From positions 1-52,201 of the IMG/VR virus record IMGVR_UViG_3300045970_000109: a stretch of 52,201 nucleotides of DNA. One strand, written 5' to 3'. A program made the translations under genes and the position numbers. Positions 1 through 10,468 of the stretch are shown one piece after another (within the stretch, counting starts at the first letter, position 1; each line of letters begins with the position of its first letter). The DNA is from a virus (taxonomy: Duplodnaviria > Caudoviricetes). The notes below the pieces were generated by a model. It saw only the letters and a list, made by a program, of their open reading frames with translations, did not search any database and was not told the origin of the DNA.

Positions 1-198
1 AGTGCGGATGTTGCGGCCAGTGCGAGGAGCGGATTCCTTGACTTCAAAAGATCCGAAACCGCGAAGGGTAATGGTCTTATGCTCTTCAAGAAGTGCATCC
101 TTTAGTACGCCGATTAGTCCATCAACGGCGGCGGTGGCTTCCTTCTGCGTGATGTCTAGACGCTTGGCTAGTTCTACTGCTACTTCGTGCTTATTCAT
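1..198 (-). CDS. hup: HU/IHF family DNA-binding protein (3' end outside window)
   Basis: Own translation: MNKHEVAVELAKRLDITQKEATAAVDGLIGVLKDALLEEHKTITLRGFGSFEVKESAPRTGRNIRT; GFGxF and RxGRN HU motifs; GGAG RBS. Confidence 0.9.
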   Translation of the reverse strand, partial: MNKHEVAVELAKRLDITQKEATAAVDGLIGVLKDALLEEHKTITLRGFGSFEVKESAPRTGRNIRT

Positions 199-731
199 TG
201 TTTCTCCAAAAAGGAATGGTAACTATCATAAGATAGTTTTTGTTGGTAAACATTCGCTAGAATGTTTTCCCAGGTAGTAATAAGGTGTTCAATTACTTCT
301 ATTGGTATATGCTTTAACTCTAATCGTATAACACCGAGTAGGTCAGAGCTACTTCTAGAAGCAAATCTGTGACTTGTATATAGGTTTGTCAAAGATGGGT
401 TTGTTTCAATCCTGTTTCGTTCAGTTAGTCCTTGAACTAACATCTCTCGCACAGCTGCGTCTTGTTCGTGTTCAAAGTCATATCGAACAAAAAGCTCAAC
501 AACCGAAGAATTCTTTTGCCAAATCGCTGACCTTGATGGCAATACACGGATGCCAGCCCCCAAGGTTTCAGAGAACGTGTCTAAGTCTAATGTAAACTTA
601 TACTTAGCGGAGAGGTTGCTTCGTATCTTTAACCATGAGGAAGAGTCGGCTTTAAGGAGCATGCAAGCCTGATAGAGCTTGATTTTGACGAAATCCTCAT
701 GGTCTAAGATAATTTTGTTGATTGGTAGCAT
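195..731 (-). CDS. hypothetical protein
   Basis: 178 aa ORF packed between neighbours. Confidence 0.6.
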   Translation of the reverse strand: MLPINKIILDHEDFVKIKLYQACMLLKADSSSWLKIRSNLSAKYKFTLDLDTFSETLGAGIRVLPSRSAIWQKNSSVVELFVRYDFEHEQDAAVREMLVQGLTERNRIETNPSLTNLYTSHRFASRSSSDLLGVIRLELKHIPIEVIEHLITTWENILANVYQQKLSYDSYHSFLEKQ

Positions 732-743
732 GTCAGATCACCG

Positions 744-1562
744 TTATAGAGCACCTAGTAATGACTTCCATGGGTCATCAACCACATTGAAGACAGTATT
801 GTTATGCTCAGAATTATTTGCTAACTCTACGGCACCATCTGCCCACTTGCTAACCTTCTTAAGAAGGGTTAGAAGATCCTTAGGTAATGCCTCTTCTGGA
901 ATTGCTAGGATGTCTAGGAATCCAGATTCATATTTGATCACACAATCTAACATCATCCAGGTATCAAGACCCTTAACTGCTGTTAGATCCAGTTTCGAAT
1001 ACTCAAGTTCAGCAGGCTTCTTAACATAAAGAGTCTTACGAGCCTTCTGAACCCTAGTAGTGCCATCATCGGGAGTGTTAGAAATCACAGTCCCGACCTT
1101 ATAACCTTGCATGTAGAGCTTTAAAGCAAACACAGAGTCCTCGAAATACACTCGGGGAGAACCCAATGTCTCTTTGGTATGCTCAATAATTGTGTCGCAA
1201 GACATCTCGCTAAGCTGATCAAGCAGCTTCTTACGAGCTTTCTCTTCGATTGTAGCATCTTCTGCTTCGCTAGCAAATCGTGCTGTCCCTGCCTTACCTT
1301 TCTCTTCAACCAAAGCACCGTTCAGCAAAGCTGTAAAGTCTTCGGCTCGTAGAGAAGATAGCAACATAGAGGATTCCAAGGCTTTTGCATCCTCATTAAC
1401 GGTAATAAGGCCTGTCTGAATCAAGTAATGCTGTGTCAGATAGTCTCTTACCGCGCTGACGATGTACGCAGGATCGGACTTAGTTACTGCTGAAGTTACT
1501 AACACGTTGTCATTAATGACTTTGTTAACTTCATCAGTCGTTGGATACTTACGCTTAGCCAT
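744..1562 (-). CDS. hypothetical protein
   Basis: 272 aa ORF with GGAG RBS. Confidence 0.7.
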   Translation of the reverse strand: MAKRKYPTTDEVNKVINDNVLVTSAVTKSDPAYIVSAVRDYLTQHYLIQTGLITVNEDAKALESSMLLSSLRAEDFTALLNGALVEEKGKAGTARFASEAEDATIEEKARKKLLDQLSEMSCDTIIEHTKETLGSPRVYFEDSVFALKLYMQGYKVGTVISNTPDDGTTRVQKARKTLYVKKPAELEYSKLDLTAVKGLDTWMMLDCVIKYESGFLDILAIPEEALPKDLLTLLKKVSKWADGAVELANNSEHNNTVFNVVDDPWKSLLGAL

Positions 1563-1563
1563 G

Positions 1564-2013
1564 TTAACTCCTATGTCTGCCAGGCTTGGGAATGTTTAGA
1601 ACTTCGCTTACCTTGTTGTGTTTAAACGCATCAGCAAACTCAACTACATGTGCTGCTACGTATTTAATTCCCTCATAACTCAACTTACTGATGAAGCCAT
1701 GAAGTTTTGGATCGTCTGGTGTGTAGTAAATAGGATCAAGAGATACCACTTTACGCTTCACAAACATAGTCAACACCTGTTTCATTTCAACAGTAGCAAA
1801 CTCAGTAGGTGAAACATACTCTTGATAGTGAAGTAGCTTACCATGTTTCCAGAGAAGAGAAGTTAAGTATGTATCTCTGTTAGACTTATCTAGATACACA
1901 TCAACCAAAGTGTTTTCAGAAGCCTTACTGAGGTCTAACTTACCGACCTCAGTAAAGTCCAATGTAAACACACCACGCTCTGCAGTATTGCAAGAACAGT
2001 TACCCTCACACAT
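1564..2013 (-). CDS. hypothetical protein
   Basis: 149 aa ORF, operonic packing. Confidence 0.65.
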   Translation of the reverse strand: MCEGNCSCNTAERGVFTLDFTEVGKLDLSKASENTLVDVYLDKSNRDTYLTSLLWKHGKLLHYQEYVSPTEFATVEMKQVLTMFVKRKVVSLDPIYYTPDDPKLHGFISKLSYEGIKYVAAHVVEFADAFKHNKVSEVLNIPKPGRHRS

Positions 2014-2014
2014 A

Positions 2015-3337
2015 CTACACCTCGTCGATATAGAAAGTCTTTCCGGTTGTAGGTTCAGCTTGACTGCCAGAAATAATCCACTTCATCTTCTTTTGTGGGA
2101 ATGGAAGATCGTGAGGCATGAAGTCAACCTCACCATAGTAGTCAGTCAACCAGATAACAGTTGACATCTCAATATGCTCTTCTTTCTTAAGACGCCTAAT
2201 CTCTTCAATTACCGGCCAGAAAGCTGTGCCGCCACTCCAAGAGCTAATTGCCTCGTTATGCGTCTTGATATCCCCAGAGAACACAATATCACTAGTATGA
2301 ACGATGAAGTAGACAGGCTGTCTCGTATACTTCTCAATCAGTTCCTTAGCGATATTGGCAGCATCATTCAGCTGCTCAGGACCCATAGAACCAGAGCTAT
2401 CAAGCACAAAGCAGATCTTTTTGATGAGATCTGGATTGGTCTGAGTCACTACTGGAAGTCTAATGTTGCCTGGCATCATGTGATCCATGCGAGATCCACG
2501 ACTATCCCAACCCCAATCTTCAGAACACTCTCGGTCAGTGATATGCTTCAGAACCATACGCAGATTAACCTTAGGAGGTTCCAACATGAAGTTGAACTCT
2601 CGGAATCCCGTGCCATTACCGGGAAGCTTACTAGCATTCTTCTCAGCGTAGTTAGACAACTCAGACTGGACGATATCACGATCCATCTTGTCTTCATCAG
2701 ACAAGGCATCGTCCTCTTCCTGCTGCATATCTCCACCAAGAGACTTACCTTCACCACCACAACCACCACCAGAACGACTTACAGACACACGATAAAGATC
2801 ATCGTAAGTCCCTTCTGAAGTTAGCTTTTCGAACTTTGCTGGATCAAAGCAAAGGTTCTCATTGATAACTTTCAAGAAGGCAGTAAATGATTCCTTAGTC
2901 TGGAACATACCAGACTGCTCCATGATTTTAGCTACGAACTGATTGATCTGATAATCAGTTGCGATATTCCACATGCCAGGATCACGATGGCCTAAACGAC
3001 CAAACGAATCAAAGACGATATGACCAATCTCATGCAGTATAGTGAAGGCTACTCCCAGAATTGGAGTCGCAAACCAAGTCTTACCAGCCTCGACCACTTG
3101 CTTGCCGTGAACGGCATATAGACGAGGATTAATGTACACTCTGAAGCCGTTAGTCCAACCGAAGCTGGGATCTTTTGGCTTATCAGTTAGAATGATATCT
3201 ACACGCTGAAGTGCCTGGGTATAGAATGGCACTTTCTTGATGAGATAGTTTCTGAGAGCAGGAACGTCAATCTCGGGAACAGATGTCTCTTCCCAAAGCT
3301 TCTCAAAGGGTGTTACTTGTTTCGCTGGCGTAGCCAT
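2015..3337 (-). CDS. HExxH metallopeptidase + vWA domain protein (DUF2201-like), MoxR partner
   Basis: ILHEIGH, WNIATDYQIN, MIDAS LDSSGSM, GGT and LTD motifs. Confidence 0.85.
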   Translation of the reverse strand: MATPAKQVTPFEKLWEETSVPEIDVPALRNYLIKKVPFYTQALQRVDIILTDKPKDPSFGWTNGFRVYINPRLYAVHGKQVVEAGKTWFATPILGVAFTILHEIGHIVFDSFGRLGHRDPGMWNIATDYQINQFVAKIMEQSGMFQTKESFTAFLKVINENLCFDPAKFEKLTSEGTYDDLYRVSVSRSGGGCGGEGKSLGGDMQQEEDDALSDEDKMDRDIVQSELSNYAEKNASKLPGNGTGFREFNFMLEPPKVNLRMVLKHITDRECSEDWGWDSRGSRMDHMMPGNIRLPVVTQTNPDLIKKICFVLDSSGSMGPEQLNDAANIAKELIEKYTRQPVYFIVHTSDIVFSGDIKTHNEAISSWSGGTAFWPVIEEIRRLKKEEHIEMSTVIWLTDYYGEVDFMPHDLPFPQKKMKWIISGSQAEPTTGKTFYIDEV

Positions 3338-3362
3338 ATTAAACTCCTATGTTTGTTTGTTA

Positions 3363-3800
3363 CTAATCACGACCAAAGAAGAAGAGCCAATCGGCATGCT
3401 TCAACTTTAGCTTATCAGTTGCTAGCTGGGACTCAAGAACCTGGGTCCAACCATCATACTCACGAACAGCAGAACTATGCTTCTGGATGCGATCATGACA
3501 CTCCATCAGCTTAGTCTGAAGATCGGCACGGACCATAACCTGTGGGCCACGGCCAGCATTAGAAGTGTAGGAGTTAGCAAGGGACTCACTGACCTCTAGG
3601 CCAGTATCCTTTACTTCCGCCATTACTTCTTCCTTCTTCTTTTCCCACCACTCAACACGGCTCTGACGATAGTCGCGTTTGATAGCAGCGGCATTAGCCA
3701 GCTGTTCAGCAGTGTATTCAAATTCCCAGTCTTTTCGATTCACTTCTTCTCCTACTCTGTAGTTGTGATTTTGATTGTATTCAATTTCATCCCAGTCCAT
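3363..3800 (-). CDS. hypothetical protein
   Basis: 145 aa ORF. Confidence 0.65.
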   Translation of the reverse strand: MDWDEIEYNQNHNYRVGEEVNRKDWEFEYTAEQLANAAAIKRDYRQSRVEWWEKKKEEVMAEVKDTGLEVSESLANSYTSNAGRGPQVMVRADLQTKLMECHDRIQKHSSAVREYDGWTQVLESQLATDKLKLKHADWLFFFGRD

Positions 3801-4111
3801 TAGATTACCACCTTTGGCGGGTTTAGAACTCGCATTTTATTGGCTAGATACCAAGTCCCACCCTGAGACTCTGGTCTTTCCAATGCTACATAATCAAGAA
3901 TTTCGACCTTACGCCACACTCGACCTACCGGCGACAAATGTGGAGCGATTGGCTTAGCCGTTACATGCCAACCAGTTCTAACGGCAAAGCCCTTAGTAGG
4001 ATGACACTCTGCTTCATACCAAACGCCTGTTTCAAGTCTTAGGCGTTTATTGATAAAGAGCGGTGCAATAGACCCGTCCTTCATCAATCTAAACAATTTC
4101 CATGCAATCAT
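3800..4111 (-). CDS. hypothetical phage protein
   Basis: 103 aa ORF, coupled start/stop. Confidence 0.65.
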   Translation of the reverse strand: MIAWKLFRLMKDGSIAPLFINKRLRLETGVWYEAECHPTKGFAVRTGWHVTAKPIAPHLSPVGRVWRKVEILDYVALERPESQGGTWYLANKMRVLNPPKVVI

Positions 4112-4308
4112 TATAGTCCCCAGGTAGCTAGTGGGTGTTCGTCGTAATACTTACTCTTACTAACCCAAGCTTGAATAGGTCCACTAGACTGTAGTTCAGC
4201 CATATCCCATAGCTTACGGAGGTCCTTACCTTCTTTCTCGGTAAGGATACCTCCGTTAGTTTTGTAGGAAAACAGTTCTTTTAGCTTGCTAAACTGAGCT
4301 GATGTCAT
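4111..4308 (-). CDS. hypothetical protein
   Basis: 65 aa ORF, coupled start/stop. Confidence 0.55.
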   Translation of the reverse strand: MTSAQFSKLKELFSYKTNGGILTEKEGKDLRKLWDMAELQSSGPIQAWVSKSKYYDEHPLATWGL

Positions 4309-4312
4309 GGGA

Positions 4313-5617
4313 TTATCCGATTGAAGTCTGAATGGCGTTAGCGTTGTTAGAAACTGCAGTAGACAGCTTCTGGAAGGTCTTAACGCGAGTCAAGCCAGCA
4401 TCAACATCGGGATCGCCGTAGAGAGCAACACCGAAGCTTTCAGGCAGCACGTTAATACGATCAGTGATCGACTTAACAATCATCTGAGCCAGCTCAGGAG
4501 AGCAAGACTGAGTAACGAACTGGATGATGCGATGCAGACCAGCGATCAGGTGCCAAGCAGTAGTGCGCTTGTCATCCTTGGTCTTAGGCATGATGCACTT
4601 CACACCATCATGCTTAGCCTGATCAATCTGAGCGGCTGCGTAGCTGATGCAAGCGAATGCAGTCAGATACTCAACGGCTACTTCACCCTTGATCTTGATG
4701 TCCTTGGCAAGAAGCTTACCAGAGAAAGCCGCTTCGATATCAGGGAGGCGGTTCATGTAAGCGTAAGTAGTAGCGAACTGGCTGGCAGAGGTAACACCAA
4801 CACAGCCTTCAACGATGGGCTGAAGTAGAGAATACTCCACGCCACCGTTCTTTGCCATTGTATTCAGGAACTCGGAAGCCAAGCGCCATGAACGAGGGCA
4901 AGGATAAGGCTCGTTAGCAGAGGGCTCAGGAACCTGATATCCATGAGCGTTGTTCTTTAGAACGTCCCACTTAGCCTGAAGATACTGACCAGAGGTCTTC
5001 TTCATGAAGGTAACGATTGCAGGATGGATGTCACCAGAACTAATAGCGTAGTTCATGAAGTCATCCAGCGTGTAATCTAGAATCACGTTGATGCAACGTG
5101 AAATAGTGGGATGGTTGAGGTCGTTAGCAAGCGAGTTAGTAGAAGGAGGATTACAAGCAGCTACGATATAGACACCGCTATAATCGTCTCCACCAATCTT
5201 CTTAGCAGAAAGAAGATTCTGAAGAGCAGCCATCATGGATGGGCTAGAGTTATTTAGCTCGTCCAGGAAGAGGTTCTTACGACCACGACCGAAGATGTTA
5301 GTAGGAGTGAAGCGAGTTTCAGCACTGCTACCGATACCACCCTCAAGAGGAACATCCTCAATGTGAGGCAGACCGTTACTATCAAGAGCACCCAACTGCG
5401 AGCAAATCGCAGTAACTAGACCCTTCTCATGATTACCGAAGACCTTCTCAATGATAGCGGTCTTAGCGATGCCAGGCGTTCCCCAAATGATGATTGGAGG
5501 ACACACAGCGGGATCCATCTTTAGAACAACCTTCAGGAGGAAATCCTGAAGACGGGAAAGACTCATACGAGTCGCGGTAGCAAAGAAATCCTTGGAAATA
5601 GTCTCAGCCTTAGCCAT
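4313..5617 (-). CDS. MoxR-type AAA+ ATPase
   Basis: Walker A GTPGIAKT, Walker B LFLDELN, sensor AACN, PCPRSW motif. Confidence 0.85.
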   Translation of the reverse strand: MAKAETISKDFFATATRMSLSRLQDFLLKVVLKMDPAVCPPIIIWGTPGIAKTAIIEKVFGNHEKGLVTAICSQLGALDSNGLPHIEDVPLEGGIGSSAETRFTPTNIFGRGRKNLFLDELNNSSPSMMAALQNLLSAKKIGGDDYSGVYIVAACNPPSTNSLANDLNHPTISRCINVILDYTLDDFMNYAISSGDIHPAIVTFMKKTSGQYLQAKWDVLKNNAHGYQVPEPSANEPYPCPRSWRLASEFLNTMAKNGGVEYSLLQPIVEGCVGVTSASQFATTYAYMNRLPDIEAAFSGKLLAKDIKIKGEVAVEYLTAFACISYAAAQIDQAKHDGVKCIMPKTKDDKRTTAWHLIAGLHRIIQFVTQSCSPELAQMIVKSITDRINVLPESFGVALYGDPDVDAGLTRVKTFQKLSTAVSNNANAIQTSIG

Positions 5618-5686
5618 TTAGAACTCCGAAAATGATTTGCCTCATCGTTGAGGCGAGGTTAAAAGGTTTACTAATAAGTGTATTAA

Positions 5687-6322
5687 TTAGAGGCACTTAG
5701 ATACAAGCCCAAAGAAATGCTTGTAGGTATTGTATCGAGGATTCTCTGATAACAACTTGACAGCGGCTAGTGCGCCGTCTGGTGTCGTGAAATCAAGGAT
5801 TTCAGAGATAGTCTGTAGAGTAGTTGTGTCGAACACACCAAGCTCATAGATAGAAACAAGATCCACACCCTGTCTTGGATCAGGTTTATCTAGAAACTCA
5901 ATTGGTTCTGAGTCATCTACATAGGCAGAGAAGTAACTGTCATATAGACGCTTAACTACGAACTTGTCGAACAAATTCTCAACAGGTTTCTTCTCTTTCT
6001 TCCCAGGCTCGCTAGGATCCTCTTGATGATAAGCTGCACCCTGTTTCACAACAGCTGTAAGGATTGATTTCTTGAAATACATCGTACCTGATGCTTCAAT
6101 CTTGCGCTGTAGTGTGTCTAGTTCGCTCTCATTAGTGAAAGCAGTAAGCTGTTCTACGATGCGTAGACTGCTCATAAAGAACCCAGAATCTCTCTGAAGA
6201 GCGTTCAAACTCGTCAGATCAATCCCAGGATCTACTGCAACTACTGTTTCGAACAGATGGTTTGCAATATAGAAACAAGCAATCTTGTATCTAGAAGCAA
6301 ACACGGAGGCTGGAATTGCCAT
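5687..6322 (-). CDS. hypothetical protein
   Basis: 211 aa ORF with RBS. Confidence 0.7.
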   Translation of the reverse strand: MAIPASVFASRYKIACFYIANHLFETVVAVDPGIDLTSLNALQRDSGFFMSSLRIVEQLTAFTNESELDTLQRKIEASGTMYFKKSILTAVVKQGAAYHQEDPSEPGKKEKKPVENLFDKFVVKRLYDSYFSAYVDDSEPIEFLDKPDPRQGVDLVSIYELGVFDTTTLQTISEILDFTTPDGALAAVKLLSENPRYNTYKHFFGLVSKCL

Positions 6323-6323
6323 T

Positions 6324-8333
6324 TTAATCTCCTGTTTCGTCTGTGTTCAGCATTTTTACGCTGAAAGGTTCTGCCGCACTAAGGATTGTGAGGTAATACT
6401 CAATCCCGGTGTGAAATAGATCCGACAATCCTTCTGTCGTTCCTACTTTAGTGGGACCATACTTAGTGACAAGCAGTTGTGGAAGGGTAGTAGTGAAATA
6501 CTCCTTTGCTAGTTCAAGCCAAGAGATAATATCCGTTGGCGTGTTGAGGTTGGCAACTGAGTTAAAGATCATGAGAGCTTCTGGACTCAAATGAACCATA
6601 GTTCTGAGTAACTGACCATCTTTAAGAGCATCCTGGTATTTAAGATGCCAGAAAGGAGTCATTCTCATCTTAGTTCCGCCATAGGAGTCGTTACTTTTAA
6701 CTTTCTCCTCAATAGCATGCTCAGCCGCTGTAGATAGTATGAAATTAGTAGTCATGAAAGACACTAAATTCTGGCTTTGTGTGAAGAAGAGTCGTTGCCG
6801 ATCTTCATACATGCCGCTTGAGTTACCTCTAGCAAACAAGAGCATAATAGCTGGTAGATTAAGGTTCAAAGAGAACTTCTTGTTGAAGGAAATACACTCA
6901 CCATCGCTAGTACCAGAGTAGTATCGCATAATTCTACGAGGATCCGTATCATCGTAATGATACGAACCAGAACCGAACTGGCCGAAGAGGTTATTGAAGA
7001 TGCTACCGTCTGTATAAGGCGTAACACCTCCATCACTCTCTCCCATATATAGGGTTCTATACTCATCGTTAGCTAGATTATAGATGTCCTGCTTTTTATC
7101 AGCAAGAGCTTGTCTAGCCTTTGCTAACCACTTTGCTTGTGGGATCTGATAAAGAACTACTGGAGCGAATGTCTCATGCATCATAGCAGGATCTAGATCA
7201 GCAGCAAGCTGGAAGTAGAAGATCCAGTTCAAGAACTGAATGAAATCTTCTCTCAGAGACTTAGTAATACGAGTCTGCAGAGCAGTTGCCTTTAGCTTGT
7301 CGCTCTTACGGATATAAGAGAACATGCCATCAGGAGAAGTAACGATGTCATACCGAGGATTGTTAGTATACTTCTTGGTATCCTCCTCTGTCATCACCGA
7401 ATACTTCCTAGTGATAAGATCCTTATTTTCTACTGCAACCTTAGATTTCTGGAAGGTTGCGATAGCGTTGAAGCTGAAGCGTAGGTATTTCCTGTCGCTA
7501 ACAAAGTTGGATACATCCTTAATACCCATGAAGACACTATTATCACTGTCTCCATACCGGCTACCTTCACCGGTTAGAACCGCAGTGTTCTCTAGTAGAT
7601 CGCCATACTCTACTTGGGAGATTGATCTGATGAGTGCAGGTAAAGAGCTTCCATACGCATGGCCAGATGAGAAGTAGTTGCTGGACTGTTTTGGGTAAAG
7701 CAGAAAGTAAAGATCATCATTACCCTTTAGCTTCTCAATACTACCATGCCTGATATAGCCCTTAGCAATAGACAGAGACTTGTGAGAGTCTGCGTTATTA
7801 GGAACGATACCGTTTCTAGGTTGAAAGACGAACCAGGAAGTCTTAGGAAGCTTCATTAGTTCATCTTTGTCAACCTCTAGAAGTTCCTCGGCCGCTTTAC
7901 TATCAGGAGCAAATCCGAAAAAGTAAGAGCTGAACTCAAACTCACAGGCTTTCTTATCTTTCTCCTTAGGTCCAGTAATGAGGTGTGGCTTAGATCCAGC
8001 TAGCATAGACAGGATCTTACCATTCAACCACAGAAGACGAATCAAACCTCCTTGATTAACTAGCAGTGATGTAAACACTGAATAGGAAGCATCAGAATTA
8101 TCTTTATAGCGAGAAGTACAAACCTTCTTACCATAGAAGTCGGTAAGGAAGGTCTGCATCTCCTGGCTAAACTTGATAATCTCTGAATCCTTCTCAAAGG
8201 TGATTTCGTGTGTTGTTACGTATGCTCTATCTTCTAGACCTAAGAAGGTCCAATCGGAAGCAGAGCCTTTTACAATGTCTTGTATCAGTGCTCCTAACTC
8301 CTCTAGAGTTATATTACTCCTCAGTCTTGTCAT
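6324..8333 (-). CDS. large hypothetical protein
   Basis: 669 aa ORF, no motif recognised. Confidence 0.75.
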   Translation of the reverse strand: MTRLRSNITLEELGALIQDIVKGSASDWTFLGLEDRAYVTTHEITFEKDSEIIKFSQEMQTFLTDFYGKKVCTSRYKDNSDASYSVFTSLLVNQGGLIRLLWLNGKILSMLAGSKPHLITGPKEKDKKACEFEFSSYFFGFAPDSKAAEELLEVDKDELMKLPKTSWFVFQPRNGIVPNNADSHKSLSIAKGYIRHGSIEKLKGNDDLYFLLYPKQSSNYFSSGHAYGSSLPALIRSISQVEYGDLLENTAVLTGEGSRYGDSDNSVFMGIKDVSNFVSDRKYLRFSFNAIATFQKSKVAVENKDLITRKYSVMTEEDTKKYTNNPRYDIVTSPDGMFSYIRKSDKLKATALQTRITKSLREDFIQFLNWIFYFQLAADLDPAMMHETFAPVVLYQIPQAKWLAKARQALADKKQDIYNLANDEYRTLYMGESDGGVTPYTDGSIFNNLFGQFGSGSYHYDDTDPRRIMRYYSGTSDGECISFNKKFSLNLNLPAIMLLFARGNSSGMYEDRQRLFFTQSQNLVSFMTTNFILSTAAEHAIEEKVKSNDSYGGTKMRMTPFWHLKYQDALKDGQLLRTMVHLSPEALMIFNSVANLNTPTDIISWLELAKEYFTTTLPQLLVTKYGPTKVGTTEGLSDLFHTGIEYYLTILSAAEPFSVKMLNTDETGD

Positions 8334-10467
8334 AAGACTCCATCTCCTCAGAAATTGCTTTGGTTGTGTCCCAGAAATATAGGAACGTGGTATAAAGGTG
8401 ATCCTTCAGTTCTTGTGAATAGTCTAGCGTGTCTAGAATAGCCATACAAGCAGGCATACAGAAATCTAAGCAGGTTGCTAGGTCTTCGAATGACTGACAC
8501 TTATATAGTGCCTTGAGCATTGTTAGGCTTTCGTCAGACAGGAACAAGAGCTGGTTGATCTGGGCGATTTGATTCCCATAATCCATGAACCCGTAGGCTT
8601 TCATAGCATCCTCTACCGCATCTCTTGGGACAAAGTTGGCAGTATAGATGTCAAGCATAGCTGAAATACACTGTGCTTTCTTGCCCTCTTGTACGAACTG
8701 ACTTGGATCAGCAGAAGAATATTTGGTATGAATACCACTAAACTCTGGCAAGATGAAGACATGATTCATAATGGCTTTGATACCAAAAGTCTTTTCAGAC
8801 AAAAGGCCGCAATCCACATAGAACCTACCTCTAGAAGCAGAACTTCTTAGCAAATGTCCAGAAGCCATCTTGTAGTTCCAGGTAAGCTGTTCCTGATTAT
8901 CAATCTCATACATCCAGCCAAAGGGTGCTGCTGTTTTCAACTTAGAATAGTAGTTAGTATTCTTCTCAATGTATGGTTCAACAAAGTGCCTTGTGAAGAT
9001 ACTGCTTCTAGACTGAGTTGTTGAAACAAGTTCCATGCTCTTAAACCACTTGACAAATAGCTTGACCTGCTCTGGTTTAAGAGTAACAGCTGTGCTAAAG
9101 TCTGTGCACGGCATTACGAAAGCCGCATCAGCAGTAGGGTTTCTGAACATAGCACCGTAGTTTTCATCATAGGCTAACTTAGGCCTACCAGAATACTTGT
9201 ATTTGAAGTAGCATACCGATTCTAGGTTTACCATCTCGAACTTAAAAGAGTTCTTTAGGTATTCTGGTATGATGAATTCTTTCTGGAACAAGGGAATGCA
9301 TACTAGAGAGATAGCATGATTCAAGTAGTCTTTAAGGATCCTATTTCTATAGGCCGCTTCATCAGATAGTCTCTTCTTACTCTCTCGCACAACCACTTTT
9401 AAGCTTTTAGCAGCGTTATAGAGGTCAATTGTGCCTCTAGTAGTAGTTGCATCTTGTTCAGCCATAATTGTTTTGTGCTTGGAATAGACATCTGCAGGAT
9501 CAATTTCTCTGACTTTAGCCAAGAATTCAGCATCGTCGTTAGACAACTTAATGTCAAGGAATCCTGTTGACTCTGGGATAGTGAAGTCTCCCCAGGTATT
9601 AACTACCACGGGAAAGACCTGTTTAGTCAATCCAATGTTAGCACCAGAAGTCATATTTAGTAGATAACTCCCGATAACAGCTTTGCTTGCTGTTTGAGGA
9701 ATGGCCTCTGGGGTAACTAGTAAAGCTAGAAGGGTTGAAACACTCTCGCTTGACTTGAAAGATCCCTTAAACAAATTCCTAGTAGAGACTAGAGAAAATG
9801 CATTGTCCATAATCTCAAGAGCATTGATCCTAACATAACCATCTCTAATGAACATGTTAAGATTGGTGTTATTCGAATTTGGTCTACTGCTGTAATAAGA
9901 TCCATAACCAATATAACTAGTGTTGATATTGGTTTGAATTTCATTACTAGAAAAGAGACGCTTCAGATCTTCTAACATCCCTTTAGTTAGATTCTTTCGT
10001 CTAAGAGACGTTTTATCTATATACTCTTCGAAATAAGGGAAATAAGGGAAAGTAGACATACACTGTAATGTCCCACCATGAAAGGCAAACATCACTAACG
10101 TCTTCCTAGCAAAAAGACCAGAGAGTAACTCTGGAGTGATAGCCAGTGACAGCACTTCTTTATATGGCACTGGAATATAAGATTCCAGAAATGCAGTTAA
10201 CTCCTTAAAGTTTTCCTTAGTAGCTAAATCCTTAAACGCAGGAAGTTCAACTACAACATACTCTCTAAAGTCCTCATCTGCGCCACCGTGCATATAGCCA
10301 GTGGTGTCAAATCGCAAATCCTTATCGTAAAGGAAGTCCTCTCCTAAGGTAATAACTTTACCTTGGTAAAGATCAATCATTAACGAGAGAAAGCTATTGA
10401 CTGTATTTTCGTTAGCCTTGATTCCCAGCTTGTTGGTTAAAGCTGGATCAATTACTAGCTCAATCAT
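8314..10467 (-). CDS. large hypothetical protein
   Basis: 717 aa ORF, no motif recognised. Confidence 0.75.
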   Translation of the reverse strand: MIELVIDPALTNKLGIKANENTVNSFLSLMIDLYQGKVITLGEDFLYDKDLRFDTTGYMHGGADEDFREYVVVELPAFKDLATKENFKELTAFLESYIPVPYKEVLSLAITPELLSGLFARKTLVMFAFHGGTLQCMSTFPYFPYFEEYIDKTSLRRKNLTKGMLEDLKRLFSSNEIQTNINTSYIGYGSYYSSRPNSNNTNLNMFIRDGYVRINALEIMDNAFSLVSTRNLFKGSFKSSESVSTLLALLVTPEAIPQTASKAVIGSYLLNMTSGANIGLTKQVFPVVVNTWGDFTIPESTGFLDIKLSNDDAEFLAKVREIDPADVYSKHKTIMAEQDATTTRGTIDLYNAAKSLKVVVRESKKRLSDEAAYRNRILKDYLNHAISLVCIPLFQKEFIIPEYLKNSFKFEMVNLESVCYFKYKYSGRPKLAYDENYGAMFRNPTADAAFVMPCTDFSTAVTLKPEQVKLFVKWFKSMELVSTTQSRSSIFTRHFVEPYIEKNTNYYSKLKTAAPFGWMYEIDNQEQLTWNYKMASGHLLRSSASRGRFYVDCGLLSEKTFGIKAIMNHVFILPEFSGIHTKYSSADPSQFVQEGKKAQCISAMLDIYTANFVPRDAVEDAMKAYGFMDYGNQIAQINQLLFLSDESLTMLKALYKCQSFEDLATCLDFCMPACMAILDTLDYSQELKDHLYTTFLYFWDTTKAISEEMESYDKTEE

Positions 10468-10468
10468 G

